A program made the translations under genes and the position numbers. The notes beneath the pieces were generated by a model. That model had not been told where the DNA came from, did not search any database, and was given only the letters and a program-made list of their open reading frames with translations. A DNA stretch of 64,000 bases from Podarcis liolepis (lineage: Eukaryota). Of the stretch, positions 10,646 through 24,810 are shown one piece after another (position 1 is the stretch's first letter; every line of letters begins with the position of its first letter). The stretch lies in assembly GCA_965112155.1 (NCBI GenBank), contig OZ218098.1, one strand, 5' to 3'.

Positions 10646-13385
10646 AAAAATTGGTTAAACATGGGTGAAATTTTAATTGGAAATGTTTCACGCTTAGGCA
10701 ACGCAGATAGATTTTGATAAATGTTACTACCCCACCCCACCCCGCTGCCCAATTGAAGATATCTACTTTAAATGACCCATAATTTAATGCTTCGACTTGT
10801 TCTAATCAAGCCTCATAAAATATACCATTTACAATCCTCTATAACCAAAGAAAATTGTTTGTAAGAGCAGAAGACGGTACACTACCATATTTCGGAAGCA
10901 GAGAAAACATTTCCTTGGGCATAAAACAAGCACAACTGCAAAAACTAAAGGCAATATTTCCTTTGCAAGCCTGACATTAAGCAAAAGAAAAAGGCAAATT
11001 TACATAGAATCCTGAGATACAGAATCTGCCATAAAGAAAGACACTACATCAAAGGACTTCACAGTGACTTATTGTCCTAGCTACAAATGCCGTTCCAACT
11101 TAGCTTCAGCTAAATGCCATTGTCCCAGATGTTACTCATGAACTATCTTATTGTGGAGGGTGGTTTTGTTTCTGTTCCCTTCCAGTTCCAGCTGGGTGGC
11201 TCAGAGAGGAGATTTCACTTGCTGGTAATGTCTGTTTCGTTCTAGCCATTTTATGAAGGTGATAGTTTGGTTAGCCAGTGGTCCATGAAAGAGAAGAAAA
11301 GAGAAAAGAAGAAAAGGAAGGGGTGGGGTGGGGTCAGGGGGAAGAGAGAGAACAAAAATCACTCAAGGTATAGGCAATGTTGCCACTTTCGGTTCGCTTT
11401 TCTGATCTATTCCGATCACCTTGACTCAGCAGAACTGTAGCCAAATAGAGGAAAGAAAATAAAGACATTGGTGAAAGCTTTGCTGAAGATCCCCAGTCCT
11501 GATGCTGATTATCGATCAGATGATTAAGGCAGATGAAGAGGTTTTTTGAAAGTGAAGGCTCTGATTGTGTCTCTCCAGTGTGCCCCAAAAGGGGCTGAGA
11601 AATCAATACTCTCAATCACAGTGGAAAGCATTTCTCTGTCAGTCACACTGACTGAAGTGATTAGAATTGAGTCATAAGACAATGAATAACTCCACACCAG
11701 CTTCCGTTCCCTCTTTTGCACCTCATAGGGAGTCTAATGAACTCTCCTCGCTAAGAGAGTGGGGCTTCCACTCCTAACATCCACAGAACAGGCAAATTAG
11801 CATTCCAAATAGCAGCACTATTTTGCTCCAGCAAGTACATATTTTATCCTAAGTTTATGGATGATACTGTGTAGAAAATTCAGAGTATGACATCCATACA
11901 CATTAAGGTAAGCATCGCTGGCGTACGGAGCTACTTTCCTATAGCACTAATGGCTTTAAATATTGCTGGTAACTTTCCCGATTGTTTAGTGTTGCGCCAT
12001 GTCCACAGTATACATTTCATGGGTTTTCAAGCACTGAGAAAATTCATGGCTACACTTCCAAAATCAAAATGCAGACAAATACACACAGAGACGTAAAGCC
12101 ATATTAGAAAAGCTGCTGCAAATGGGCTGCACAGCCTATATTGTTTGAGTAAATAGTAATTTATTTATGACTATTAACTGTTTAAATAAAAGCATTAGAA
12201 AAGTCACCTTAAGGCAGATCATGTGTCTCGCTCACTTGAAGTATCGCCCCCTTAAGATAGAAGCTGGCAAAGTATCATTGGAATTATTAGGAAATAATGC
12301 ACATTTAATAATTAAGATTAAGATTAATTAAGATTAAGATTGCTGTGCCAGGACCAAGATCTATCCCAAACTAAACGCTCTGAAATCCCATTGATGTAAA
12401 TGGGAAACATTTAAGGGTTCTTTCCTAATTGTATTCCACCCTTTTGTTGTTGCGCTTTCAACAATGCCTTTCAAACATGTTAATTTTAATCCCACCCAAC
12501 CCCAGAAATTAAATTCTGTGGCAGCTTGCTCTAAACCTGATCAGGTATTAGGTATGTATTATCTCAGACAGCTGATTCAGAACAGCAGAGGTCACTTTCT
12601 CAAATGTTTCATCCACAGAAAACACCTACCATGCACTTGGCTGCAATTACCTGTCCTTGGTAGTGTTTGCCACACCATTAGGCAGAGCAAGGTAGCTGCC
12701 TCAGGCAATGGATGCTGGGAGATGGGATTCAGTGGCAAGGTTTGGGAGCACTGAGCTAAGTGAGCCATACAGCCTTCCCTACATCCCTTAAGCCAGTCTG
12801 CTACCCCCTGGTATGGTGGAGGACACTGTCCCATCAAGACAACTGCCAGTTTGGCTGGCTTCTGTACATGGAATGAGTTGAAGTGCCATCTTATTCCTTG
12901 ACTCGGGCAACAAAAAGCCTTGGGCCAGCCCTGTCTGAAGGTATTAAAAGTGTTTGTTTAATCTTGATTCCTGGTAGTAATCCACCCCATGTTGCTGATT
13001 ACCACTTTCCCATCCACACCAAAATATGTGATGCTTTAATGAACAATGCTTCTCCACAAAAAAAAATTCAGTACGATTTCTACAGATTTAGGTTCACCAT
13101 CGTACCTCTGCTGCGAATCAACTGGTGTGATATTGGATGTATTAAGAACCGTCTTAGTTTGTACTCACACAACTGTTCAAAAAGTGAACATTGTGATTGT
13201 TCAGATATGGTTTGTCTCATGCGATTCAACAAATACATCTCCAATAGCTTGACAACAGGAAGTGGTTTAAGGATAATTGTGACACCCATGTTGATGGATT
13301 CCTCTTACAGCCCAAATAACAGAGTGTCCTGCCGCACCTCAGTGTGTAACAGATTTGTAGTGGCGTGTGCTTTCATGGAGTAGAG

Positions 13386-13500
13386 CAGGGGTATCCAACA
13401 TGATGCCCTCCATATGCTGTAGGATTCCAATTCCCATCATCCCTGGCCATTGCCCATGCTGGCTGGGATTCATGGGAGTTCTAATGAAGTAGGACTGGAG
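13386..13500. mobile_element. MER5-like hAT-Charlie MITE remnant
   Basis: CAGGGGTATCCAAC start with an internal hairpin TTCCCATCATCCC...GGGATTCATGGGAG. Relatives near 27130, 60757 and 62815. Confidence 0.55.
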
Positions 13501-16500
13501 CCTGCTTCAATCGTTTCCCAACAATAATGCAAGTGCTCACAGGCACTGGTAGAGTTCCAATGTGCAAATACTATAAGCAGGCCAATAATAACCAGGGTAG
13601 TTACATTTGCAAGAATGCATATGATCATCACTGTTAATGGGAAGAAAGTGAATTCATGCACAATTGCCACAGAAACAGTTTAAAAAGCTGCTGTTCTTAA
13701 GTGCTAAGACCCACAATGACATCCAGATAGTAACATAAACGGAGTAGATTTAATTGTGCAGGAGTTTTGAAAGCATGTGAGGTAGATAAGTTAGCCTCAG
13801 TGTTACAGACAGAGCAGAATTAGAAAGCAGTGATGAAATGTGAGCAACTCACATTGCAGTTCTTTTCAGTGGCGTTGGTCCACACATTTGGCCAGTGATT
13901 CAAATGAAAAATGAAGTGACATGGATGTAGATGTACATACCAAACCATTACTCTTTTTGAAAGCAACCTCCAGTGCCTCCCTTTATCTTTCACCAAACGT
14001 TCCTTCTATACCCCACGTGAGCCTGAGGAGGCACAGACAGCAAATCCCCTTGTGCTCTGAGCTCAGTGAAGCTAAAAGGTTTACTCCAGAGTAAATGACT
14101 TGAGGATCATGGCCTTATTCAATTAGTATTGGTAGTGTGCTGTGGAGTTCTTCAGAAGTAAACACCCATTAGCTGTTATAAAGTAGTGTAAAGCCAATCT
14201 AGTTCATTATCCCTGAGACCAGTCAGCGTCATAATGAGAGAAGTGTAAAGAGCAGAGCAAAAATTAGTATGTTTAAGTGTGAGACTTCTTGAGGAGGTCC
14301 TATTGCCTTTAATTAAATTGGCTCCAAAATCACTATGATTTCAAGTATGAAGAATTCTAATTCCCACCACCAGACGACATATCATTCAGGTTTTCCCTAA
14401 GCCCCAGAAGTTCTAATTACTTGCATACAAGGAAATAGTTATTTCAGATTTCAGGCTTCCCCCGCCTTCCTTTAGAGAGCAAGAGGGAGCAACAAGAGAT
14501 CTGTCAAACTTCCTGAAAGTTTATTTTTTGTAGTTTCAATGAGAGATGTCGATGTCAAATAGGTGGCTCTGCATCCGCTGGGTTGAGAAATGCCCCCTGG
14601 ACCTACATGTTGCAATTTCTTAATAATCATAACAACCTGAGAGCAGCTAAACGCTGTCTCGAAAACATACAAATGTCAACAGTGCAGTGACACTCTCAAG
14701 TGGACCAATGGAGCCACTTCAGTTGATCCCCTTCTTAAGGAATCTTTATGCCTCCAGCTATTCATCTGGCCTCTATAAGCAAGGCTGTGATAAAAACTGA
14801 ATTGTATTTAAGAAGGGCTCCCTTACATTCGCTCTTAAGGGTATGCACTAACTTGCCTCATCTTTCCAGAAGCTTTTTAAATACACTGTCTTTTGAAAAG
14901 GGTATCGAAAGCAGACAACATAGAAATGCTATAGTAGAAAGTCTCATCACACTCTTTAAAAACAAGAGCTTTTTATTTTTGCAGAGTATGTTATAAAAAC
15001 CTCATTCTCCCCCTCACACAATAAATTAACAATATAAATACAATGGCTGGGATTCAAATCAGTACACATGGGTGTGCTGCTCACACATAGCAGCCTTTTG
15101 AGCTCCATGTGGCAGCCCTCTGCACCCCCTCTGGGTATCACATTCAGAGCCAGTTCACACGATGCACAAAAGCTTCTCCTTTCTCTGTGGCTGTGAAGTC
15201 AGGCTTGTGACTTTCACTTTAAGGGAGCTTCTGATTCTTTCTTTCCCGTTGTAACGCAGTGCTTTTCGAATTTGGAGCTGAATTCTACCAGTGGCTGAAT
15301 AGGAAGGAATGCGAATGCAGATTGTTATATAGAATTTTACCTAATATACAACATTTGGGCAAAGTATATTTTCCCTAATGTTTGTGTTTTACCCAATATA
15401 ATGTATTTTATATGTTCACGTGTATCCACTAATACATACATTTTTATGGCCACTTTACTTTATCATATGTATTTTGAGTGCTATTTTTTTCTTGAAAAAA
15501 GAAGTGCCAGGACTCACCATGAACCTCATTCTGTTAGAATGGCAATGGCGCCCACCTGAGAGGTGCTGGAAGTGAGTTCCCCTTAGGGGGGAAAAGGCCT
15601 GTATATTTCTGTACAGATTACTTGACTGGAGAAATGCATTGTAAAATTCAGAGAAGTTCGAATTTCAAATAATGGCTGTGTTCCGGTTCACATATTGATT
15701 AAGAGAAACAGAAGTACAAAGATTCACCTTTAAATACAATGTGAACCACATTTATCCCCATGGAGAGGTGGGCACAGTTTGGGTAAACCATGCCATGGGT
15801 CAAGCGGGGAGGCCAGGGAGGCTTAATTAGGGTTGGAGATTTCCCTTTGCTGAGAATACAAATTTAAATAATAATAATGATTTTCATTGAGCTGGTCAAT
15901 ATGACTCCAAGATCCATTTTCTGGTCAGCCACTGCCTTCAAACCCATTAAGTGTTTGTATGATGGACCACAAAGGGTATTGGGTGTGGTTCTAATTCTTG
16001 GGCACATTTACAATTCTCCTGTGACCAACAGGCAAACAATGGGATCTTCTGCAATAAATTGCTTCAGGAAAGGCTTCATTGTCAGGAGCGTGCTCACGCG
16101 TGCGCGTGCGCGCACACACACACACACACACACACAGTGGGTACTTGGATATCTGTTGTATATCCAAGGTGATTTGTTCCCTTGACCTACCAGTCTGAAG
16201 TGAAGTACCTGCAAAAGACTTGTCTCCCTGACCAGTGGGAGAGGAACCTTGGGCGAGGGAGGTAAGCAGCCAATTCAATTTCTCGGTGTACTGCACTGCT
16301 CAGAGTCCTAAATCAGAGCAGCTTATTTATAGTCTGCCAGCAAGGTTTGTCTTGTTTGGATGTCTCAGGGTCATGGTTTCGCTGGAAGCAACATAAGGAA
16401 TGCTTGAGGCCTAGGGGGAATCACCCTGGGCTCCCAAAGGCTTCCTTGCCTTCCTGGAGACAACTGAGGATGCATTTACTATTCATCATCAGCTCAATGG

Positions 16501-16989
16501 TTCTGTTCTTCTTTTCACCAAAGAGGCCAACACCAGTGTAAGCACTACATGAAAAATCTATATGTTCACATGGTGAAACTATGGTTGTCTGGTATTATTG
16601 CACAGAGAATTTTAAATTCTTTACTGCACTTCTTTTTCTCTCGGAGACACTTTATAAAACAAACATTGATTGTGGACTAATCACAGAGACTTCTTTTCAC
16701 AAAAATAAGAGTCCATTAATAATGAAACAGATAAGGACACCTATCACTTCCAAAGTAAAATATGCAATAATCACTCTTAGGCTGAAATCCTAATTTTTGG
16801 AGAGAATATATCTTATTGGACTCAGTAAGTCTTTCTTCCCAGTAAACATGCATCGAATCAAGGTGCAACTGCATGTGTATCTCACACATAAAACAGCCAA
16901 GTTTTGTGGTTTGTAGATCCATTCAGGTTCCACTATACTGAGCCTGAATGGGGGGGGGGGACCCACATGAAATCAGAATCAATCAATAT

Positions 16990-17481
16990 AAAAATATGTA
17001 TTAAAACAATATCTAAAAAGCCTAGTCAAATAAAGAGGTTTATACATGGTGTCAAAAAAGCACCACATTTGTTGACTGGTATGCTTTCCCAGGAAGGGCA
17101 TTCCAAAGACGAGGTACCACCACCACAAAGGTCCTATCTTGGGTCACCACCCACCTCGCCTTCGAAGGCAGGGGGACCTGAAGAAGGCCCCTGGAAAGGA
17201 TCTCCACAACCAGGCAGGTTCAAGTAACAGCAAGAAATCCTTGAAGTTTTTCTGTTCGATGTCATATAAGGCAAGGCCAGCACTTTCAGTTGTGCCTGGA
17301 AGAGGCCTTGGAACCAGTGCAACTGCTTTAAAGCAAGTGGGAAATGATCCAAATGCCCAGACCCATTCAAAAGCATGTTGCACCATTTGAAGTTCCCATA
17401 CATTATCCAAAGGCAGCTCAATGTGCAACACATTTCAGTAATCTAAACAGGATATAACCACAGCATGGATGACTGTGGCCA
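16990..17481 (-). mobile_element. L2 LINE fragment (C-terminus of the RT ORF and start of the 3'UTR, decayed)
   Basis: Minus-strand peptides LATVIHAVVISCLDY*NVLHIELPL..WELQMVQ and HFPLALKQLHWF...FQAQLKVLAL match the L2 motifs RLDYCNALY.GLPL and HITP.L..LHWLP..FR.QFKVL, with stops and frameshifts. Confidence 0.8.
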
Positions 17482-18903
17482 GCTGTCCCTGTCCAAAAGG
17501 GATCACAGCTGGCACACCAGCTGATGCTGGTGGAAAGTGCTCAGTGCCACCACTTGGGTCTCTGTGTCTACACCAGAGCCTTCACAAACTCTCTGGGTTA
17601 ATTTGCCACATATGTTTTAGCAGTATCCTGGAAAAACATTCAAATGGCCATACCTTTGGCAATTTGCAATGCCATTGCTTTCCATTGCCTGGAACCACAA
17701 ATTACTGTATTATGTTCTCGAGTTTCCTTACTTGATCTAACTAGAAGGGAGATCAGACTTTTAGAAAGCAGGACTGAAACAGAAACAAAGCTTTGAATGA
17801 TCACTTAAGTGCTTGATCTGGTCAGCCCCATGCGTTTAGTCCTCCCTAGTTCAAGTTATTAACCTAAATCACCAGTAGTGTCTGTATGGTATTAGGAAGC
17901 CTATATATTTACTGTCAAGTGATGACACCATTAACCAGACCCTGGAGGATTTTTTTTAAAAAAATACAAAACAAAACAGTGATGACTCCCAGTTAATTAA
18001 TGCAGGCTGGAATTGTGACGCTGTGGAATAATCTACTTTTAGCAGAAAATGTGGTCGCATCTCTCAAGACTCAGCTCATCCAGCTGCCCTTTAGCTGACT
18101 TCCATTTTGTCATCCCCATCCCATTTCACTAACCTCCTTTGTTCTCCAATGCAACATTACACCGTATTAATCAAAATAAAGTAGCCGCAAACTTCATTTG
18201 CTTAAAAAAAGTTGCCAGCTTCCTCGAAAAATTCACTTGATCAGCACATGAGAAAAGCCATTTTTCATCATTGCACCCTGCAGCCTTTGCTCTTTGTAGA
18301 CCAGCTACTCTTTCTTTGACTCAACATCTTATTTTTCTAGCACGTAGTTTAGAAGACTAAGGAACACCAAGTGACCCAGTTTTGCCTCTCTAACAGCCCA
18401 ATCTATAAATTCCTTCAGATGGATATGGTTACATTAGCCTGGCCCCATGCGTAGGTACAAGAATCAGTATCTTGTAGTTTGTGTCAGCCAGGGGTGTGCT
18501 GTGGGGATGGAGCCTTTGCAGAATATATTTCCATTGTATGTCCACTTTTATATGTAGCTGGGAGATATGTGTGTGCCTTAAATTTCCACTTCTCCACTCC
18601 CAGTTTGTAATATCATGGAACCTTTTATCACGCTTCCCATTTCTGTGCCCCTAGTCTAAGGATGGGGAACCTCAGCCTCTGCAGGTTTTTTTTAATCTGG
18701 TCCTTGGGATTTTCCTTAGACATCCCCCGCTCTCTAGGCTGCAACCTTACCTGTCCCAGCTCTGTGTCCTCCTCAAGTGCTTTTGCTTGGCTAGAACATG
18801 TCCTGTAATGTGTGCAGTAACCTCTGGCTTTTGCATGCCTGGAATGCAAAAGGGAAGAAAGCCTGAGCACCAGTAGTAGAGTGTTCGAGTGGAACCAGGG
18901 AAA

Positions 18904-19262
18904 GGTAAAGGTACCCCTGACCTTTAGGTCCAGTCACAGATGACTCTGGGGTTGCGGCGCTCATCTCGCTCTATGGGCCGAGGGAGCTGGCGTTTGTCCA
19001 CAGACAGCTTCTGGGTCATGTGGCCAGCATGACTAAGCCGCTTCTGGTGAACCAGAGTAGTGCACGGAAACACCGTTTACCTTCTCGCCGGAGCGGTCCC
19101 TATTTATCTACTTGCACTTTGCCATGCTTTCAAACTGCTAGGTGGGCAGGAGCTGGGACCAAACAACAGGAACTCACCCCATCACAGGGATTCGAACCGC
19201 TGACCTTCTGATCGGCAAGCCCTAGGCTCTGTGGTATAGACCACAGTGCCACCCACGTCCCT
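18904..19262 (-). mobile_element. Full-length Sauria (Squam1) SINE
   Basis: The minus strand begins GGGACGTGGGTGGCACTGTGG, carries a GGTTCGAATCC B-box and ends (ACCTTT)n. 14-bp TSD TGGAACCAGGGAAA at 18890-18903 and 19264-19277. Confidence 0.95.
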
Positions 19263-20964
19263 ATGGAACCAGGGAAACTCAGATTCACATCCCACTACAT
19301 GTTATAACATGAAATAATAATATTGTATCTCATCTGGGGCCAGCAGGAGGCAAGAAGATGCTCAGGAAGGTGACTGCTGTGGCTGCGCTACCTGCACATC
19401 ACCTGTTAGGCAGGGAGGCTGAGCAGCATAAATAAAGCCCAGCTGTACCTCAAGTCTCTTTGGGGCTTCCTCTGTTCTCATTGACATGCTCTTCAGGCTC
19501 CGGAGAGGGTCTCCTTACAAGCTACGAGGACTCTCCAGCTCTCTCTCACCATTTCTGGGTTTGAATTGAATGATTTCTTTATTTCCTGGCAATGCATGTA
19601 TATGCAGCAGCGTGCAAGTCAGTCATGCGTAAGTGGGGGGAAGCCTTACCCCCAAATGAATGAATGATTTGGGCAAGATTTGAACTAGGGATTTCTCAGC
19701 CCACAGCTTGGCTCTTGTCCACTATGCTACACCTGTTCGCTATGCTATAGTGCAGTAATGAGTTGCCACTAGTCAGGCCAATAAATGTCTGTGTCTGAAA
19801 CCAGCAAAAGAGGTGTTGAAAAATCTTAGAAGGATTAACTACATAAAGATCCTTATCCATAAATTCCACCCTTTGGGTGGAAAATCCACCATTCCAGTGC
19901 ACATATTAAGGACCCATTCGCACAAATAGGACTAGGCAAATCATGCTAGATAACAACAGAACCAACAAAATGGGTAATGGCTGCCAATCTAGGAGGAACA
20001 ATAAAAAGTAATGATAACATAACATTTTGAAGTCAAAATTGGTTGACTTGAATGATATGGCTTGAATGATATGACCTGAATGGTATTTCCTCCCAGGAAC
20101 AGACACCGGTGAGGATGCTGACTTAAAAAAATATCCATCTATTGTATGCACCACTGTTCAGGCAGGGTACAAAATAGCTTTTTAAAAGTATATTATGTGA
20201 ACAGACTGGTCCCACTAGTTTTCCAGAAAGGGAAAGTTCACATTTATTATAACATGCTTAAGCATAGCACTGTGAAAGAAAGGGAGCTTTTAAAAGGATC
20301 TTAGATAAAAGGGGAAAAGACAAATGTGCTGTACAAAACACAGTTGTGGTTACAATAAGAAAAGGCGGGTGATGAGCATATCTATCCATTGCATGCAATC
20401 CACTTCTCACTGAAGACAATGATGAATAAGGCAAGAAGGTGACCCCACTTAACTGAATTATTGTAGCCATTTAAAGCATTCCAACCCAGCTTACAATATA
20501 AAGCCTTCCAAAACAGCTAACAACAAAGTGTAAGACCAATTAAAATATAATTAAAATAACAATTTAAACAAAAAGAAATTGCTGTACATATCTTACTTTC
20601 AAGGTGGCCAAGTATTGTTTGTGAGTATCATTGCTTTCATTCTACAACTCACCTCTCCAGTAGTCTGCACCCTGCAGCCTGCTCAGGCGCCCCTCCATTT
20701 TCTGAATGGCCTCAGTTAGGCTTCACTGTAAAAACAAGAGTAAAGTCTGTGTACCTGGCTGCTCTCTCTTTTTTAAGTGTGGTATTTTCCCTTTTAAAGA
20801 AATCAGTGTGGGACTATTTTTAAAGGTTATAAATAATAGCAAGTACACAGATTTTATATTGGAACTGCCTGATCACCAGCCTCCCATGATTCAATTCAAG
20901 CACAAGAGAGGAAGCCATGGGGCATTTTCAGATCACGAAAGGCAGGTAGTAGAAGAGGCTGCAG

Positions 20965-21075
20965 CAGGGGTGCCAACTTGAATAAAATATTGGGGAGGTG
21001 CAGGTAAGCCCCAGCCTGCATAATCAATCACATGATGTGGTGCATGTACACCATTGGAATGGCAATGCCTACCAC
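20965..21075. mobile_element. hAT MITE, truncated copy of the 6920 family
   Basis: CAGGGGTGCCAACTTGAATAAAATATTGGGG...GTACACCATTGGAATGGCAATGCC matches 6920-7015. Confidence 0.7.
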
Positions 21076-22900
21076 CTAGCTAGCCACCTCTCAGTGATAA
21101 GGAAAACTCAGTTCCCCCCACCAAATCCACTGGAATCCTGAGGAAATTCTGACGCATGCTGAGAATGAGGCAGAAAATGGAAGACTCTTTTACAAGGAAA
21201 GAAAACTTCCACAAAATTTGAGAGCAGCTTTTGGCACAGTGTAAATAGTGCACTTGTTTGATTATTGCAGAAATTAGAAACTGTATTATTCTATTGTAGT
21301 GTGTTACAATGCCCCCCCCCCCGCATTAAATGACTTTCTTTTGTGAACTGCAGTGATATCCTCAAATACTCAGCAGTATACCAGAGTCTTAAAATAATTG
21401 TTAATTTATAAAAAATCATTCAAATACAAACCACAGGAATCATATTTGAAACTAACAGAGTAGATACCAGCTAACCACCTCTGGAGAGAATATTCTATAA
21501 CCAGAGCACCACCACTAAAAAGACCCTATTCCCAGTTTCCACTTGCTTAACCTTTATAAGCAAATGTGCCCAGAGGAGGGATTCTGATGAAGATTTGACG
21601 TGTGCCTAAAAGCCTGGCAGGCCATCTTACTCTATGGTATTACCCTTTCATGTTTTAATTAAACTTAAACATGTTGGTTATATGAGGCTGGTTATCCCAC
21701 AGTTTCTTGGGTAAGTGGCATATGCTGCTTTAGGTAAGCCTCAGTTTGAACTCAAAGACACAAGGCACACTTACTCTGAATATGAATGAGCTGTTGAAAG
21801 TAATACATGGAGCAGAATTGCACCCATAGACCATAGGTTTGGAAGAATGCATGGAGGTACTTAGGTCCAGGGTAAGTGGGTGCAATCCTGCTCCCACTTC
21901 CACATATTCATTTCTACACAAATGAATTTATGAACAGGCCTTGTGCTTAAGTGAAATGATCCCAGCTTTTGTCTTACATTCTGGAAGTTTGTAAAAACCT
22001 GACCCTAAGAGCTACCGATAGATGCTGAGGAGAGGTGCTTCAGATCTTTCAGGAATGTACCACCGCTGCAGCTTTTCAATACTGAATACAGACACGTAAA
22101 AGCATGATGGTGAACCTCGTGCCATCATGGTGCCCCACAATATATTTAACTAGCATGGCTGAAATACAAAGATAATGTTGAAAGGCAGAGACCCTTACAA
22201 TCATCAGGCTTGGTTTGCACCCACAACCCCCTTGAAGACACCAAGGGTTTCCCTTTTTGCTCAGTGTGCTGTGTGTGTTTCTCTACCACATAATTTCCTG
22301 AGCAATAAATCCATTTAAAATGCCCTCCCATTATTCTGGCTACTGTCTGCATTGTATTATCAAAACCTGTGTTCGTGGCATACTTGTGGGGGTGGGAATG
22401 TGCGTATGAATAGGGAACATATCTGAAAAACCCCTGAATACAATAGCATTCTTTCCCTTTGTGGTCTTAGTGCAATCTCTCTGTATGCCTGTATACATCT
22501 CTCTCTGTGAGAAATGTTTCTCCCCCCTCCCCCTATATATTTTTTATTGTTATTGCATTAGCTAGAATTTACATCTTGATTTTTTTTTTATTTAAACGCT
22601 AGTAGTTCAGACCCTGCTTGTTGTCTAAGTGTGTGTGTGTGTTTTGTGCGTAGCATTATTTTTTAAAAAAACACACAACAACAACATTATAGAGAATGGC
22701 CTATGATACGTTTCCACACTCTCTTGATGGATAGCAGGGAGCAAAATACCTTACAAGAGCCAAGTCTCCGACTCTTGTTAATCTCAGATTCCTTTTATGA
22801 TGTCTTAACATGGTAAAGAGCTGTTATATGTGAGACTATCTTTATTAAGAAAAAAGGGAGGGGGCACCCAAGTAGAGTTTTTATGTTGTGCCCTATGCAG

Positions 22901-23072
22901 NNNNNNNNNNNNNNNNNNNNNNNNNNNNNNNNNNNNNNNNNNNNNNNNNNNNNNNNNNNNNNNNNNNNNNNNNNNNNNNNNNNNNNNNNNNNNNNNNNNN
23001 NNNNNNNNNNNNNNNNNNNNNNNNNNNNNNNNNNNNNNNNNNNNNNNNNNNNNNNNNNNNNNNNNNNNNNNN
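22901..23072. other. N block, 172 nt, starting immediately after CCCTATGCAG
   Basis: Run of N in unique sequence. Confidence 0.99.
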
Positions 23073-24081
23073 TGGATAGCGTAAATGACAGCTACACTGC
23101 AGCTGAGGCCCAGGTGTGAGACTGGGGAAAGGACTGATTTAAGAATGCTGGGTAATCAGGAATGTATAGTCTCCTGGACTTTAATTTGTATCTTTAACCT
23201 CCTATAAATATCTCTCTGGATAGTGTGTGGAGCAGGTATGTGTTTTTAAAGAGCCTGATCATGAAATTAGCTTTGGAATGACAGCCATTCTCTGCTCTCC
23301 TTTAACTGCTGATTACCCCAGCTCCCAGTATGCATTAACAAATGCATGCTGAGCGCTGGCCACTGTACTGTGGGCTCCACAATTTAATTATTACCTCATT
23401 GATTTTTCATGTATTTCAATTTTCTGTTCTTCAAGTCAGAGTGGCTCTTCTATTGGGGCAATGTTTGTTTTCTCTTTCCCAAGATTTCCTTGTGGAATTT
23501 ATATGGAGTCAAATATTTGTTTGGGCGTGTGTGGTTTTCCCCCCTCCTTTTTTTTTTTAACCCTTCAGGAATGTACAGTACCATTGTTGCAGTCTTGTCA
23601 GCTGCTGGTCAGTTAAATCAGACACAGAAAAGCATGATGGTGCAATGGAGTTACAGAATCTAAATAAAAATAATGTGTTGACTATGGGAAAAATCACTAA
23701 CAGAAAGCGCCTTCTTTTTCAAATTGTTTCTCTTTAGTATGCATTAAAGATCATGCATAATTTGCATCTATTAGCATTTTATTATTCCACTGGCACTGGG
23801 GAAAGGAAAATGAAAACAATTATTGTATCCTCCATGGACATTTCTTTACTTAGAACTATTTTATAATAAATCATTTTTTCCCCTTTAATGGCATACAGTA
23901 TGTGGTTATGCCAGGAAATAATAAGAACGATATACTGTAACATTTTAAAAGCACAGGAAGTAAGACTTCATTTATGTGCCATTTCATCTAAAGCTTTGAA
24001 GCCTCTCAAGTCACAAACATCCTATGTCTGTCTTATCAGCAGACAACCATTTATATCAAACCAAGCGACTGTGTCAAATGT

Positions 24082-24326
24082 GGGGGAAGGGATGTAGCTC
24101 AAGTGCTGGAGCAACTGCTTTGAATAAAAAGGTCCCAGGTTCAACCCCTGGCATCTCCAAGTAGCATTAGGAAGCACTCCTGTGATTCCTGCATTGCTGG
24201 GGTTGGACTCATGGTCCCTTCCAACTCTATGATTCTATGAAACCCTGGAGAACTGCAAGCCAGTGTAGATAACACTGAGCAAGATGGGCCAGTGGTCTGA
24301 CTCAGTATAAGGTGGATTCCAGTGTT
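24082..24326 (+). mobile_element. Squam3-type SINE interrupted by a CR1 3' tail (~24183-24240)
   Basis: GGGGAAGGGATGTAGCTCA...GGTTCAACCCCTGGCATCTCCA...GGTCTGACTCAGTATAAGG. The insert ends GGTCCCTTCCAACTCTATGATTCTATGA, a CR1 tail. Confidence 0.8.
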
Positions 24327-24810
24327 AGAATTTGGGGTGACTTAGATTTTGACAGCTGTATGTGTGTGCATCAGTGGGCCTTATCTATTCTTATCTTCCA
24401 TTTGGCTTTCAGAAATAGCATAAGAAACTTCCTCTAAGATTTCGATGGTCACGATTTACCACCCAAGTATTATCCGTTCATCCAACCTTTTTGTCTACAA
24501 ATGACTAGCATTTTGCGGTTGCATCCTGCCTGAGGCTGCAATTCTGACACCATTTACCTGGGGGATATTCCCTATTGAATTCAAAGGGACCTATTTCTCC
24601 AGTAGAGATGGTAGAGGATAATAGGACCAAAGGCTTAAGTCAAGCTTAGAATAGACAGATTCAAATCACCAGGAGTTTTGAAAATAATGATTCAAAAGCT
24701 TTACTCAGAGCGTGATCAAGTCTGGATCCAAACCATAGTTCTTCACTTTCCATAGCCAGCAGTGGGGTGCAGATAGGCACACAATTATAGTCTATGAATT
24801 TTCTCCAATT

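Noticed and set aside
10396-10668. MNAAIMLDEALLKSAEERL as a first coding exon
   Set aside because: The peptide is not recognised, the continuation is hidden by Ns and there is no strong donor after the gap. It cannot be supported.
12883-13383. 166-aa Cys-containing ORF
   Set aside because: Non-ATG start, no recognisable domain and no convincing splice boundaries. More likely unique non-coding sequence.
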